A DNA stretch of 64,000 nt from Nemertoderma westbladi (taxonomy: Eukaryota; Animalia; Xenacoelomorpha): contig JAUCBJ010009134.1 of assembly GCA_032718475.1 (NCBI GenBank), positions 1-64,000 of the forward strand. Reading direction: 5' to 3'. The stretch's first letter is position 1. The number at the start of each line of letters is the position of its first letter. The translations under genes and the position numbers were made by a program. Shown here piece by piece: positions 1 through 11,890 of the stretch. Below the pieces are notes generated by a model. It was given only the letters and a program-made list of their open reading frames with translations. It was not told where the DNA came from and made no database searches.

Positions 1-98
1 CCATTTTAAACGGCACCATTTAAAATGGCCTATCTGTAAATTGACAAAATCATGTAGAGTTGGGCCATTTTAAACGGCACCGTTTGAAGCACCAGGAA

Positions 99-719
99 AT
101 GGCAACCTATGAAGGAGTCTATGCATTTAACCGGTATCTCTTTGCTTCCGTTGAGCAAAAATCTCGCACACCGAGCTACGAGCTAATGAAGCGTGTTGGC
201 GAGAATATTTCGACCAAATTTGTTCGCAAGTACCTCAGGAACATTAATCCTAACGACCTTAATTCCTATAACTTGATCAACTTCATCCATCAAGATCCGG
301 AATATGGTGACTTGTTCATCAACTCGCATCCAGAACTACAGGAAGTTCATAGACGACCCTATGAATATAGAGCCCGAGAACGCGAGTTAGAAAGAACCAT
401 CAAACCGAGGAAATTTCTCACTACTCACAGTCCGCCTACCGCTCTCGTGCCAACGACCCGTCAGGGACCAGTAAGAGCTGCTGTCTTGAAACGCGCTCTA
501 AAGGTTGTTCGACCTCGTTCCACTGAGGTTGATATCGATCAACCGGGTACCTCGACCGGCGGATACACCGACCGTAACCCTAAACCTTCCGATGCAATCA
601 TATTGCACCCCTCACCCAGGAGTTATAGCCCTCCTAGTAAAGTGGCTTGCCCCAAAGAGAAAAGGACTCTTGCTAGCCTCAAAAAACTTCGTAAACGCCG
701 TTCACGTAAGAAGGACTAA
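99..719 (+). CDS. Orphan basic protein (~206 aa from the first ATG) with a C-terminal NLS-like tail; probably an accessory ORF of a mobile element or virus
   Basis: Uninterrupted ORF (MATYEGVYAF...LKKLRKRRSRKKD) in otherwise decayed DNA; no domain recognised. Confidence 0.35.
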   Translation: MATYEGVYAFNRYLFASVEQKSRTPSYELMKRVGENISTKFVRKYLRNINPNDLNSYNLINFIHQDPEYGDLFINSHPELQEVHRRPYEYRARERELERTIKPRKFLTTHSPPTALVPTTRQGPVRAAVLKRALKVVRPRSTEVDIDQPGTSTGGYTDRNPKPSDAIILHPSPRSYSPPSKVACPKEKRTLASLKKLRKRRSRKKD

Positions 720-804
720 CCGTTTAGAGTATTTTTATATTTTAGAAACTGTGATTTTTTATATTTTATAGACTTAAATCCCATTTTCTGGGAGCGGTGT
801 AAAA

Positions 805-897
805 GCTTTTGCGGACATAACAAGTCATTTTTTCCCGCAATGCGCAGTGTAGATGCTTTTGAGGACATAACAAGTCATTTTTGCCGCAATGCGCAGA
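805..897. repeat. Tandem duplication of a ~43-bp motif
   Basis: gcttttg(c/a)ggacataacaagtcatttt...ccgcaatgcgcag occurs twice just downstream of the orphan ORF. Confidence 0.8.
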
Positions 898-1081
898 ATA
901 CTCTAAGATAGCCCTAAATTTATCCAACTACGGGAAAGGGAGGAATCAGAGCCCAGATGACGAAATCTATCAGCTGATTCTTTATGGACGTGGAATTTCG
1001 TTGTTCTGCTCAGCCAATCAGAGCGATTTTCACTTTATGTCTTACAGAGGCCTATGGAAACCCGCGCAATGCATTACGGTC

Positions 1082-1980
1082 TTTGTATACCTTTCTGAGC
1101 CTCAGAACCGGCTTGAAATCTTCTGTACTTCTGTTTTGGAAGTTTCAGACTTTGGCCTAAACATCAGATGGCTTGGATTATAGGAACGTAAATCTATTAT
1201 CCTGAACACATATCATACCATACCAACCACTTACGAACTCACCTGACTGCCTGACTTCATAACTGCATAAGTAACACATGCTGACTGTTCACCGCATTGT
1301 TTTACTTCTGTTATTAATTGTTGTTATATTGATATATATTGCTGATATATTTGGAGAATACCGATAAATAATCATAAAACCCCCAATCTTCTTGATTACT
1401 GAAGGTAAGAGGAACAGGTTACCGGTAGCAATTGCGACTTAAATAATAGTGGTTTTTGTGTGAATTAAATGCTATTTCATAATCCCTACTTGTGTCAGTT
1501 GCAATCCTCCTTATATATGATCAAATTCAGTGACGGTCGGCAGATTAGTGCGCAGTAGTGTGAAGTAGTGTGAAGTCGTGTGTAGTAGTGTGAAAGATAA
1601 TAAAGCATCTCCTAAAGAATGCGCTATTTACGAAACTCTGTGGCCATCTAGTTGTGATTAGTATAAGTCATAACTCTGTTTTTATACTTAAAGCGCCACG
1701 TCCTAAAGGAACTGTTAATATTTCCCCGAAAGTAAATATATTGTCAGAGATTATATAGTAACGATCAATCGAATAATACAGTAGGTTTACATTGCAATAA
1801 CTTTCAAGGCACCCGAATCCAGTCTCCCTTAACTGTGGGTGAATGATCGCGCACAGACTGGCTTCGGCTGATGTAACTTCAGTACATTAAATAATCGATA
1901 TAGGCTAAAGTCGATTTATAAACTAGAGGACAACTAAAATTGGCAGGTTAAACTGCTGAAGGTCTAAAAGCGCGAACATA
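1082..1980 (-). repeat. Dispersed repeat (~0.9 kb), inverted copy of 51860-52750
   Basis: 1899-1978 (tataggctaaagtcgatttataaactagagg...gcgcgaaca) is the reverse complement of ~51862-51941; similarity continues along the whole block. Confidence 0.9.
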
Positions 1981-3139
1981 TAATAAAACATATATATATT
2001 TATACAGTATAAGGTGAATAATTACAATATTTTGTCTGTTTACTTATCCAATGATATAATATAAATGGCAGCATTCACCAATTGAAATGTAAGTCGGGTG
2101 TATGATGAATGCGGTGAAAGTACAAGAACAGGATATACTGGGAGAAGTTAGGAAGCAAGGGTCCAAATGACAATCATCTATCATTGGCCACTTCCAATTG
2201 TCATTATCTAACGTATTTGTTCATTTCATATAGCGAATAAAGAGTCCTTTCGCTTGGTCAACAGAGACAACCTCACCAACTGACCTTTCATCATGCCATA
2301 GAGCAAACACAAACTGGCCGACCTTGGTCCCATCACACTCTCCCTTATTAACTTCACACACACACCTGTATCATTGGCATTACTGTACGAGGAAGCCATT
2401 AGTATGGTGATATTGGTATCATAACTTTGAATAGCAGTGCGCAAATCAAACTGACAGATGGCCTTCATGGTGGTCACCATAGAGTAACTTTAAGTTTGTT
2501 TTGTCATCATCAATTGATATGCCAGGTAGTTGAAATAACAGGTGATCGGTCTTCAAGTTTTTAAAATTGATTTTTGCATTTCGAATCATTAAACTGGCAA
2601 GATGGTCTTGTTTTTTGTCCTCAGCATTATTCATAATCTATCTCTATCTCTATCTCTATCATAATCTAACTCTATCTAACATATCATATCTCAATATCTA
2701 ATGCAGATGTTGGGATAGACCCACCCACCCAGTTCTCGAATTTTTTGTTTAAGTTGTATATTTTTTGGCTCATTTCAATAAGTTCGGTATTGAAATCTGA
2801 GAAATTTTTGGACTTTTTCTTGACAGTATTCTTGACTTAGGAATTCTTGACAGTTTCTCCATACAATGTCTAGATCCCTCAGTTCTTCTTTTTTCTTCTT
2901 AAATTCCTTCAAATTCCAACCACAGGAGTGGAATGTAAGATCAGGTGATGCACAAAAACCATTCAATCTGAGACATAGGTCATGGTTGGTCCAGAACCAC
3001 CACCTCCCTTCTTGCTCCTCTCATCAGCAGCACCAAATAGCATCTCACAGGCCATATTATGCATAGGAAGACTATGAATACCCACCTGAACTATCACCAA
3101 TCACAATCGGAATAGCAATATCGATACAAGCAGATCCAC

Positions 3140-3760
3140 GCCAACATCCCTTCCTGCATCCATTTGCTCGAATACCCCAGTAGACACCATTTCCTTAATC
3201 AGCCACTCCAGTGGATTGGATGGTTCACTTCACCACGATGACAGAGCCCCCGTGGGTCCCTGGTGATACAGAGGCGAATAGATGGGTCCTAGGATTTCTT
3301 TATGGGATGGTCGGAATACATCCATGGTTTCGGTGACGTAGAAAATAACTTTTGGTTAGGACTCACCAACATCTATGAACTTACCAAAGCCAGAGTCAAA
3401 CTGAGGATTGATTGATCTGTGGTACAAAGAAGAACACAAGTATACCGAGTATAATTACTTCATTATCGGTGATTCGAATAGTAATTACATGCTACATACA
3501 GTATATCCGGGTACAGCGGTACAGCTGGTAATTCAATACTTTATGAGAATGGACAACCTTTGTCAACCTATGATCGCGATAACGATTATTATTTCGGAAA
3601 CTGCACCGCTGTTCTCAAAGGGGCTTGGTGGTATTGGAGGTGCAACAGTAGCCAGTCCAATCTAAACGGCGTCTATGGGGAGGGACCTTATTGGTACACA
3701 TTCATTATCTCTGAGAGCTTTGCACCGATGGATGAAATAGAAATGTAGATCAGAGTTTAG
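3140..3760 (+). pseudogene. Fibrinogen C-terminal domain (FReD/FReP, ficolin/tenascin-like) pseudogene, intronless over the domain
   Basis: Across frameshifts it reads VIQRRIDGS-DF-MGWSEYIHGFGDVENNF, LRIDL, YFIIGDSNSNYML, STYDRDND, NC...KGAWWYWRC..SNLNGVY; these are the canonical FReD motifs, with several stops and indels. Confidence 0.9.
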
Positions 3761-3797
3761 CGAATCTACTATTATATTATATTATTATATTATATTA

Positions 3798-4545
3798 TAC
3801 TAGCTGTAGGCGGCCCTTCGGGCCGCCTACAGCTAGTAACATTTGATCACACTAAAAACAATAAGTGACATTATACACCATGTCCCATAATATAGTTTCA
3901 TTTTCTGATGACACGGACCCCCCCCCCCCCCCCCCCTACCCCTACCTCCCCATCGCACAAGACACTTTTTTAAAACGCTCACGAGACACTTTTTTAAAAC
4001 GCTTATAAAAAAAATTTAAAGGCAAAATCGAAAATTCCGGCTTCATGGGGTCATCGACGGTGAGTTGAACTACTGTAGTTGTGTTTCAAATTTCAAGCAA
4101 TATGATAAAGATTTGTAGAAAAATGTGGGGGGGGGGGGGGGGGGCGGGTCCGTGTCATCAGAAAATTACACTATATTACGGGACATAGTGTATACTTATT
4201 ATATATAATAAGTGACGGAAATCGCAAATTTTTCTGAATTGTCAATAGAAAAGAAAATGAAAAGAAAAACATTAATTAGTAGTCAACCATGTTTATACAG
4301 TTGTTGCTACTTTGTATGTAATAAATAATTGAGTTAATACTCTTCAAATACATACAAATTTGAACACTATTATACTGTAATATTGTTTATATAAGAAGTT
4401 CAGGAAACACAACATTGGTGACTGTTGTGTTGCCATTGGGGGTAAAAATTTTGAGACCACTGAATGTTGTAAACGGTTCAGGGCTACATATAACTGGCCG
4501 TGGCTAAATACATCTTCTTCTAAATAGACTCCAACCATCTTTAAT
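3798..4545 (-). mobile_element. Helitron 3' remnant: Pif1 helicase C-terminus plus terminal hairpin and CTAG
   Basis: ORF 4344-4538 has VGVYLEEDVFSHGQLYVALNR (Helitron Pif1 motif VI). A perfect hairpin at 3798-3838 ends in CTAG-T on the minus strand, next to a (TATTA)n tract. Confidence 0.85.
3872..4194. mobile_element. MITE-like insertion with ~60-bp terminal inverted repeats and TA ends
   Basis: tatacaccatgtcccataatatag...tctgatgacacggaccc(C)n is matched by (G)n-gggtccgtgtcatcagaaaa...ctatattacgggacatagtgtata. Confidence 0.75.
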
Positions 4546-4889
4546 TACCAATTAATTACCAATAACAATAATTCGAATCCAAATGGTTAGGAGGTTGACA
4601 CACAGTCAGTAAAAGTTTTATATTATTAATATCATTGCCATGAGTAATCAAATTGAAAAGTTATGTCAATGTCCTTCCTTAGAGAAGTTTGCTGTGATTG
4701 GTACTCAGCCTTGGTCTTGGATTTGGTATCTCAGCCTGCCTTTATCCAACCAGCCTTAGCCAACCTGCCCAGGCTGTGGTTCTGGCTATGCTAGGCTGAG
4801 GTAGTTTTATAGCTGCTGGTGAAGCAGTGAGCTTATCTAAGTGACAAGACACGACGGATGGATGGACGATTTGCAGCTTATATATATGG

Positions 4890-5840
4890 ATTGACAGTCT
4901 TTGCAAAAGAAATCACTGATGCCTTTGCAGTCCGAGCTGGGATACACCATTACTGGTGATCGTATTGAATCAGCTTCGATGACGGATAGATTACATTCAA
5001 AATGTTATTTCATATAATTATTTATTTATCAGTGGAATAAAAACTGCCTGGAACAACTTCGGGCTGTGGTGCTATTTTAAGAAGAGATCCACACAAGTCA
5101 CATTTCCGCTTAGACCTTGGATATTTAGCATGGCATATGGAACATATTTTCATGTCAGTAAACGAGTAGGAGCTCAGAATTGTGTCTATATAATCAGTAT
5201 TATTATTGTCTTCACTGATGGCGATATTTAAGTATAACTCCACAATTTGATCCCTATCTAATTCGAATATGGGCTTAAGTTCTTGATCCATTGTATACAA
5301 ACGTTCAAATGGTAATGTTGGTGTTCACCAAGCCTCTGGGGAAAATTGGTATAAGCACTACATCTGAGAAGTGGAATCTGTGACCATTTGGTACCGATTA
5401 CATGTAACAAAAGGTGGGGTAGCTCAGTTGGTTGAGCGCCGGGCCTGCAATCTATTGGTTGTAGGTTCAGCCCCGCCAGGGTCCACTCAGCCTTTCATCC
5501 ATTGGGGTCGATAAAATGAGTACCAGTTAAATAACTGGGAGCAAATCTTGGGATAGGAGTAGCGCCCACCCCTACCCTCGGGTAGCAGCTATCAAAAGAG
5601 GAGCCTTCGGGTCGCCTCCGGCTTCGGCCAACTGTTTGCTTTTACATGTAACACTGACTGTTGCACCTTTGTTCAACCTTGACCTATTATGTCTTAATCA
5701 ATTTTTTGAGTTATCAAAGTGTTTTAAGATATCACTACACAATGACTTCGGATCTTTGTTAGAAAGAGATTTCAAAATATTAAGTAAAGTTGTGTAGCTT
5801 CCAATAGGATGGCCATATGTTAATATCCTCAAGTTGGTTT
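4890..5840 (-). pseudogene. Decayed transposon-like protein fragment with a zinc ribbon, split by a SINE
   Basis: CSIC-x9-CDLC in ORF 5022-5300; coding-like sequence continues beyond the SINE (GHPIGSYTT...HFDNS). Family not identified. Confidence 0.35.
5413..5641 (+). mobile_element. tRNA-derived SINE with a conserved central domain and 12-bp TSD
   Basis: A box (gtagctcagttggttgagcg), degenerate B box (ggttcagcccc), core ccactcagcctttcatccattggggtcgataaaatgagtaccag; TSD ttacatgtaaca at 5398-5409 and 5642-5653. Confidence 0.9.
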
Positions 5841-6575
5841 TAGGCCCAAGTGTTAGGGTTCAAAGCCACATCTAGGGGCTGAAGGATGTGGGTACTGTTG
5901 GGAGGCAGCGGAATGAAGCGAATATTATTATCAAGGCAAGATTGCACTACTTGGACGTAGACATATGTGACCCAAGGTTATCGCCAATCAAGACTTTCTT
6001 GCCTGGCAAATCCTTTATTGAGGGAAGATAAATTGTGGAAAACCATTCCTCAAATTTATCCATATTGAACCAGCCGGACTCTGTTGAACTATAATGAGCC
6101 CCAACTGGGCCCCCGACTGTCCACCCCTCATACATATGCTTGGCCTTGTGGACAACCATAACTGGATTAAGGGTTCCATCCGCGGAACCACTGTACATGA
6201 CTGATGTCATCTGTTTGCTGTTGTTTATTGAACGCTCAATGCGTAAAGTGCCTCGGCGGCAAATAACGAGTTCAGACCCAGGATCGTTAGAGAATCCAGT
6301 TTCATCGTAATTGCCAAGATTTCGTGGTGGCACACCTTCAACTTCAGTCTTCAGTTCATTATAGAAATCAATTATCACATCTGGAGTGAGTTTTGCCCTT
6401 GCTGGCTTGATATTATCAGCCATATGTTGTGTTAAGGTTATGTCTCTTTAGAAAACCTCGAATCCACTCTATCCCAGGAAAATTATCTTTAAAGGCAGCA
6501 ATCACCACACCTTTCTTATTCAAAAACTGTTGCACGATGTGTTGTAATACACTATAGTCTAGCGGCTTCTTCCAA
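5840..6575 (-). mobile_element. pogo/Tigger-like transposase remnant (CENP-B HTH plus DDE_1)
   Basis: FKDNFPGIEWIRGFLKRH, NYDETGF, SGWFNMDKFEEWF, VLIGDNLGSH; frameshifted. Confidence 0.9.
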
Positions 6576-7573
6576 TATACAAACGTGTCTTGTATTTTTC
6601 GGTGCTGTGTGCAAATTTTTGTGCTAGCACGAAATTTTGAAAATCCATTCAATAGATAAAATTGCTTGTGACACTTTATTTCTTGGGTTTTAAAGGTTTA
6701 TGGCTGTTCTGAATTTAATGGAATATATAATTATCGAACTAAACATCTCAAACTTGTATTTTTCGGAAGTGGGTGCAAAATGTGGTGCTAGCACCAAATT
6801 TTGAAAACCCTCGTCACCTTGTTTCTTGCGTTATACGGGGTTGTGAGGGTTCTGAATTCAATGGAATCAGTAAAAATTTCATAAAAGTTTTCAAACTTGT
6901 ATTTTTCGATGGTGGGTGAAAATTGTTGTGCCAGCACCAAATTTTGGAAAATAATCAAATTGATTAGTAGATAGTATCATCTTGTTTCTTGCGTTATATG
7001 GGTTTATGAGGGTCCTGTATCCGATGGAATCAATAAAAACAGCACTGAACATCGCAAACTTGTACTTTTTACGAAATTTGGTGCTAGCACCAAAATTTGC
7101 CATGTTACGCCGAAAAATACAAGTAGCAATGATCTGACATATTATAAATGTATTCCATTAGAATCAGCGCCCTTGAAAACCTGAAAATGTGAATTTATAG
7201 CATTGTATAAGTGAATTAAAAATTTTGTGTTCTAACTGAAAGTGCTGGTTACTTGTTTTTTTTTCCATTATTTTCCTACGCAGAGAGGACTAAATAGCCA
7301 TTTATAGTAATCATATTATTTTCAAAAATTTTCCGATGTATTTTGCGCCCCAGAAAACCTGTATTGAAAAACAATTAGCCGAAAAATGTAACTTTCAAAT
7401 TTTGTGAAAATTGTGCACAGAATTTTGGTGCTCCAATATAACCACCCCAGTACATTGTTTCGAAATTTTTTTTTCGGTTGGATCCTGTCTAGTGATACCT
7501 ACGTACAAACAAAAAAAAACTCCCCCCCCCCCCCCTTCAACAACATTTTATAGCCCGGTACTAATAGGGTTAA
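6575..7573. mobile_element. Non-autonomous DNA-element sequence with internal repeats, ending in a piggyBac-like terminus (...GGG-TTAA)
   Basis: Repeated cttgtatttttcg / gtgctagcaccaaa units. The end tagcccggtactaatagggTTAA resembles the reverse complement of the piggyBac end at 31749 (TTAAccgttacaggactgggcta). Confidence 0.5.
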
Positions 7574-7574
7574 C

Positions 7575-10330
7575 ACTCTACCGTTCGGCCTTTCGCTTAC
7601 CAAACACCCTCAGGGTTGAGCAGTCAACCTCATCCCAGGTTCGTACGAAATTGCACTTCCTAGAGAGAATAGAGGTGTACTCTATATTCACATCCTCGGA
7701 AAGGTGCAATTTTCTTATGAGTGTATTCACCCGGATTAGGTCGGGGTCATGGGTGGAACGGACAAAATGGTTCAATAAAATTATGTTGAAGGTAAACAAA
7801 CATATGGGTCGACACCCATATCGTACCTTTTACTGGGGGCAGCTCTTTGGTATCACCAGTGGCAATCATTAGTACACCACACAAAGGAGAGTCATTCTTA
7901 CGTACATGGCGGAGAACCGAACCTGATCCAGTACAGCGAACATCTCAGCACTCACTGTACCTATTTCTTCTACGAAAAGTACATGTAAATTTCGCAGATA
8001 GGCCAATTTCTCCTTATGGTTTTGTAATTTTCGTACCGTTTGTTCCGAGTTTACTGTAACATTAGTGATGCCACCCTCGTGGTCAATCACAGGAATTGGC
8101 AGTAATTGATGGATGTGTATTCCACCAAATTTAACTGTTTGTTCAGCGGCCAACGATGTGAATATAATATTAGTGCCACCTGCGATGGCATAAACCCCAC
8201 CATAGCACATCACTAAAGTTTTCCCAGTGCCTGGTGGTCCAAGGATCACGGGGAATTTGGAATAACTATGGTGCCCTGAAAGAAGTCTATCAACTGCCCG
8301 AGTTATGCATTCTATGGCATATTTATGTTCCATTCCCAGTTGGGGTTTTCATGGAAGAGGCCGTTCTAAAGTGACTGCCATCAGTTCATCTAATGACGGC
8401 ATGTTGACGATGGCTACGTCGAACTCTAATGCCCTTCTTGTGGCTAGTTTGAGATCATGCAGTATTCCTGAAATTGTTATGGTATTTTCCTCTTGCAGTG
8501 TGCGTAGTAGTACAGTAGGTGTGTCATAAGTAGTCACCTCATTGTTGAGTATGAGGTTTTGCAGCACATGATCCGCTGCTATAATGTACTTATCGGACAT
8601 TCTCACCCCACCTGGAACGTGTATTTGGTGAGGATTTGGTTTACTTCTCCTGCGTGTAAGGACCAGCAACGGGTGAAAGTCCCACTTTAATAAACGAGTC
8701 CCTCATTGTTGGGACGAGGAACAGGTATATTTCTGTTATAAACTCCCCCATACTCAACAATAAGTGGACTAAGAATTTAATTAAGGGTTCATTGGTGTGA
8801 TGGTTCGGTTGTAAGCAATAGGAATTTTTTCTTTGAATATACAATTTTGGTATATGTATATGTAATTATTAGTAACCTGCTTGTCGTTTAATTCTATTAG
8901 ATGTATTATGGACAGCATATCAGTAACGCGTTCTGTATCATTGATATGGTTACTATTATAATTTGTACAGTATGATTTTAATTCTTGTACTGCAGATGGC
9001 CGTAACTGTACTATGTGGTTGGTACCATCTACCCACATTGAGTCCCGTATATTTATTTGACTTTAATTTCCTTTCCTGTAAAGATTAAATTTCAGATTTT
9101 TTGGATGGCAATTTAATTTGGGCAAACCAGGGTAAATATACTTTTGGTCGTAAAACAAACAAGAGTTCTGGTGGCCACAGACAAAACACTGCCATTAGAT
9201 CAACTGATATGATGGAATCCTGTTGATCTACCATTGTCTTAATTTGGTTTGATGTGAAATGACGATGGGATGGTAGATTCAGCAGTTGTGAGCGAATACG
9301 TTCGCATTCTGTATGGGCTGGATGCTTTGGATTCTGGTTCTTCCAGGGCATAACAACCCTAGCCCTATTTTCTATGGAGGTGGTTGGAATATGTATAAAT
9401 TCTGACGACAGGACAGTCACAGGGAGGTGTAAAATGTGCCACTCCAACTCAGGAGCACCAACAAGCCGAGCAAACACGGTCTTTTGTTTCCTGGTTTGTT
9501 TCTCCAAATCCTCCTTTCGGAGAATGGCGGGACCAGAATTTTAATATTTTTTAGCTCATCCTCCTGAGCTTGAACTACATTGGCCGATGCTTGGCCTGCG
9601 GTAAATCTTACATCCCGTTTCTCCTCAGCACCAGCAGCGTATTTGACTCAATAACGTGAACTGGTGCAACCATCGCACACCAAAAGGTTGTCATTGAACT
9701 GTTTGCGTGTTTGGCCGCAAATAATCTGTTACAGGGCGAGAATATTGGATAGGTATACTCTGAGGTGTAGAAATGTTTCCCAGCACGGATTGGTGCATGC
9801 AATTGGAAGGTGCTGTATTCATTAATTGTGGCCATACCCAGTCGTTGCTAGACCTGCAGTGCTTCTGATGAATGATTATTTGGTAACTCTTCATAATAAT
9901 GTCCATGCGATGGTGGATTAACGTGTTTGCAGCAAATACGCTGTCCGGAAGAGTCTACCTTCTTATGGCAGGTAAACCCCGATTTCTCACAATCGTGGAT
10001 GAGACGTACCAGATTGTGGTAAATCTGGAAAAGGAACTCCTCAATCTCATCCTTAGTAAAGAATGTTTGTTCGGAGGCTCTGATGCGGAGAAATACCTCA
10101 TCAGACTCTTTGTCGGCATTCTTTACTATGATTTGAGAATGTATATGTGGTACATTCCCTTTGGTGTCCTGGAACTCCCAGGTGTACCACATACATATCA
10201 TCAACCTCACCAAGAGGTTGCTCAGCTGAGAATCGAATGTAATTCATATGATAAGATAAAGCTCTTTGGATGGACCGGAGGAGCTGAATATTCCTTATAA
10301 GCACCAATTCCAATTATTTTATGACATGTG
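7575..10330 (-). mobile_element. Divergent Helitron-like Rep-helicase pseudogene (HUH endonuclease plus Pif1-type SF1 helicase)
   Basis: Rep motifs WEFQDTKGNVPHIH (HUH) and RY*VKYAAG (~9630-9660); helicase Walker A GPPGTGKT, HIHQL, Walker B LFVEEIG, GDTKELPPV, HFVRS..DP. Many frameshifts. Confidence 0.85.
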
Positions 10331-10499
10331 GTGCCGCCACTGCCGTCACCTTGTCCTTGATGGTGATTGACAGACAGCAGGTGCGTAATCGTTACACCAA
10401 GGAATGTTGGTTCGTTGATGCCAATTACAAAACCGATGCCAATCCCAAGGTGCAAACAAAAAATATAAGTCTTTAGACAATTTATATTTCTATTCATAG

Positions 10500-11330
10500 A
10501 AGTCACTGTTGCTGCATACACCTCTAGACCCAAAACACAGGAGTCAATAATATCACATGGTTTCTTAGTAGGTAAACCATAAGACATCAAAGCTTCTTGA
10601 ACACAATCTACTGAAAGTAAATCCTTGTTTACGTTAATGTCATCCACATAAATATCAACCTCTGATTCTGAAAATTTGTTATCACTCAAAATAAATTCTG
10701 TAATGGTTTCAAGAACTTTCCTCGCTATCTCTAAACCAAAGCCCATTCTGGTCATGATTATACACATTGTCTTTCCATAATAGTGCTTGATATTTGAACA
10801 AATTCGGGTGGACTCGAATTTGCAAGTATGCTTTCTTGATATCTACCAACGCTGAGTTTCGTGGTCTTTGTCGCCATTTGCGTAGTTTTTCGTTGCATAC
10901 AGACATGTGTTGACCTGGAAAACTATACATTTTTTTGTTAACAGAACAGAGTGTAGTCTAAACAAGGTCTCACAGGTGTACTTTCTTATGTGCCTGGACT
11001 ACGAGTAGCAAAGGTAAAACACACTTAATTGGCCCGTGTATGATTGGATCATATTCAACAATAAATTTATTAGCTATCCATAATTTAATCTCATTCTCTA
11101 ATCGTGTCTCATTAACGTTGTTTAACGTAATGCCATAGTCTCCAATACCGCTTCCAATTTTATCACCTACGATAAAATTTTAAATCGAATCAAATCAAAG
11201 TGGATTTGCTACCCTTAGCATTTCCTTTATTTCCTCAGCGAATTCAACCTGTAATTTGGATGTCAAGGCAGGTATAGTTTAATCGGAATCCATTCTCCAT
11301 TTATTCATTATATAAACATTTATTTGCAAC
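10500..11330 (-). mobile_element. LTR-retrotransposon pol (reverse transcriptase) fragment
   Basis: VRPCLDY, VDIKKAYLQIRV, MTRMGFGL, IYVDDI, VLGL in ORFs 10709-10930 and 10222-10767. Confidence 0.85.
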
Positions 11331-11569
11331 CTGCAATACACAGTGGGGAAAAACTTACAAAAAACAGCAATATTCATAATCAAACTATGACTTATAATAA
11401 GCCAGTTATTTCGCACCACCAGTCTCACCTGTACGGAAAATTGGAATTGAATTGGAGTTGAATTGGAAGGAAGAGTTGGATCAACTTGAAATGTTGGGAA
11501 AAAATGGAAAGTTGAAAAACCCAATGAAATATACAAGCACGAATGAGCTCCACTGATTGATTGATTGAT

Positions 11570-11890
11570 TGAAATCCTGACTTAACATCAATAATTAACT
11601 TTTCTTTATTAGCAACAATCTTGATAACTTCAGGTTCTAACCAAAGGCCACATTGCATCGCAGCAGGTCCCTAATTTTCGTTTCTCCTAGTACTCATTGA
11701 ACTAACAAACCATCAGGTGTCTTACACTGAGTGATATCATAAAGCTTGGATGCAGTAATACGTCCGAACTGTACATGCCATAATGGACTATTAGACTGTC
11801 CTCGGGTATCTTCATACAAGGAATAACATTTATTGAAGGATAAACATGACGAGCAATATTCTATAAAGTCCTGAGCTGTGAATACGCTCC
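11570..11890 (-). mobile_element. YqaJ/lambda-exonuclease-like domain fragment of a DNA transposon
   Basis: Minus strand reads EDTRGQSNSPLW...GRITASKLYD...CKTPDG...LEPEVIKIV, the N-terminal motifs of YqaJ-like domains. Confidence 0.7.

Noticed and set aside
2150-3060. Additional viral fragment
   Set aside because: The minus-strand text (GEVVSVD...WKWPMIDD) looks more like a DNA-transposase C-terminal tail; no viral motif and too decayed to call.
5413-5485. tRNA gene
   Set aside because: T-arm and acceptor stem are degenerate, and it continues into a SINE body bounded by a TSD.
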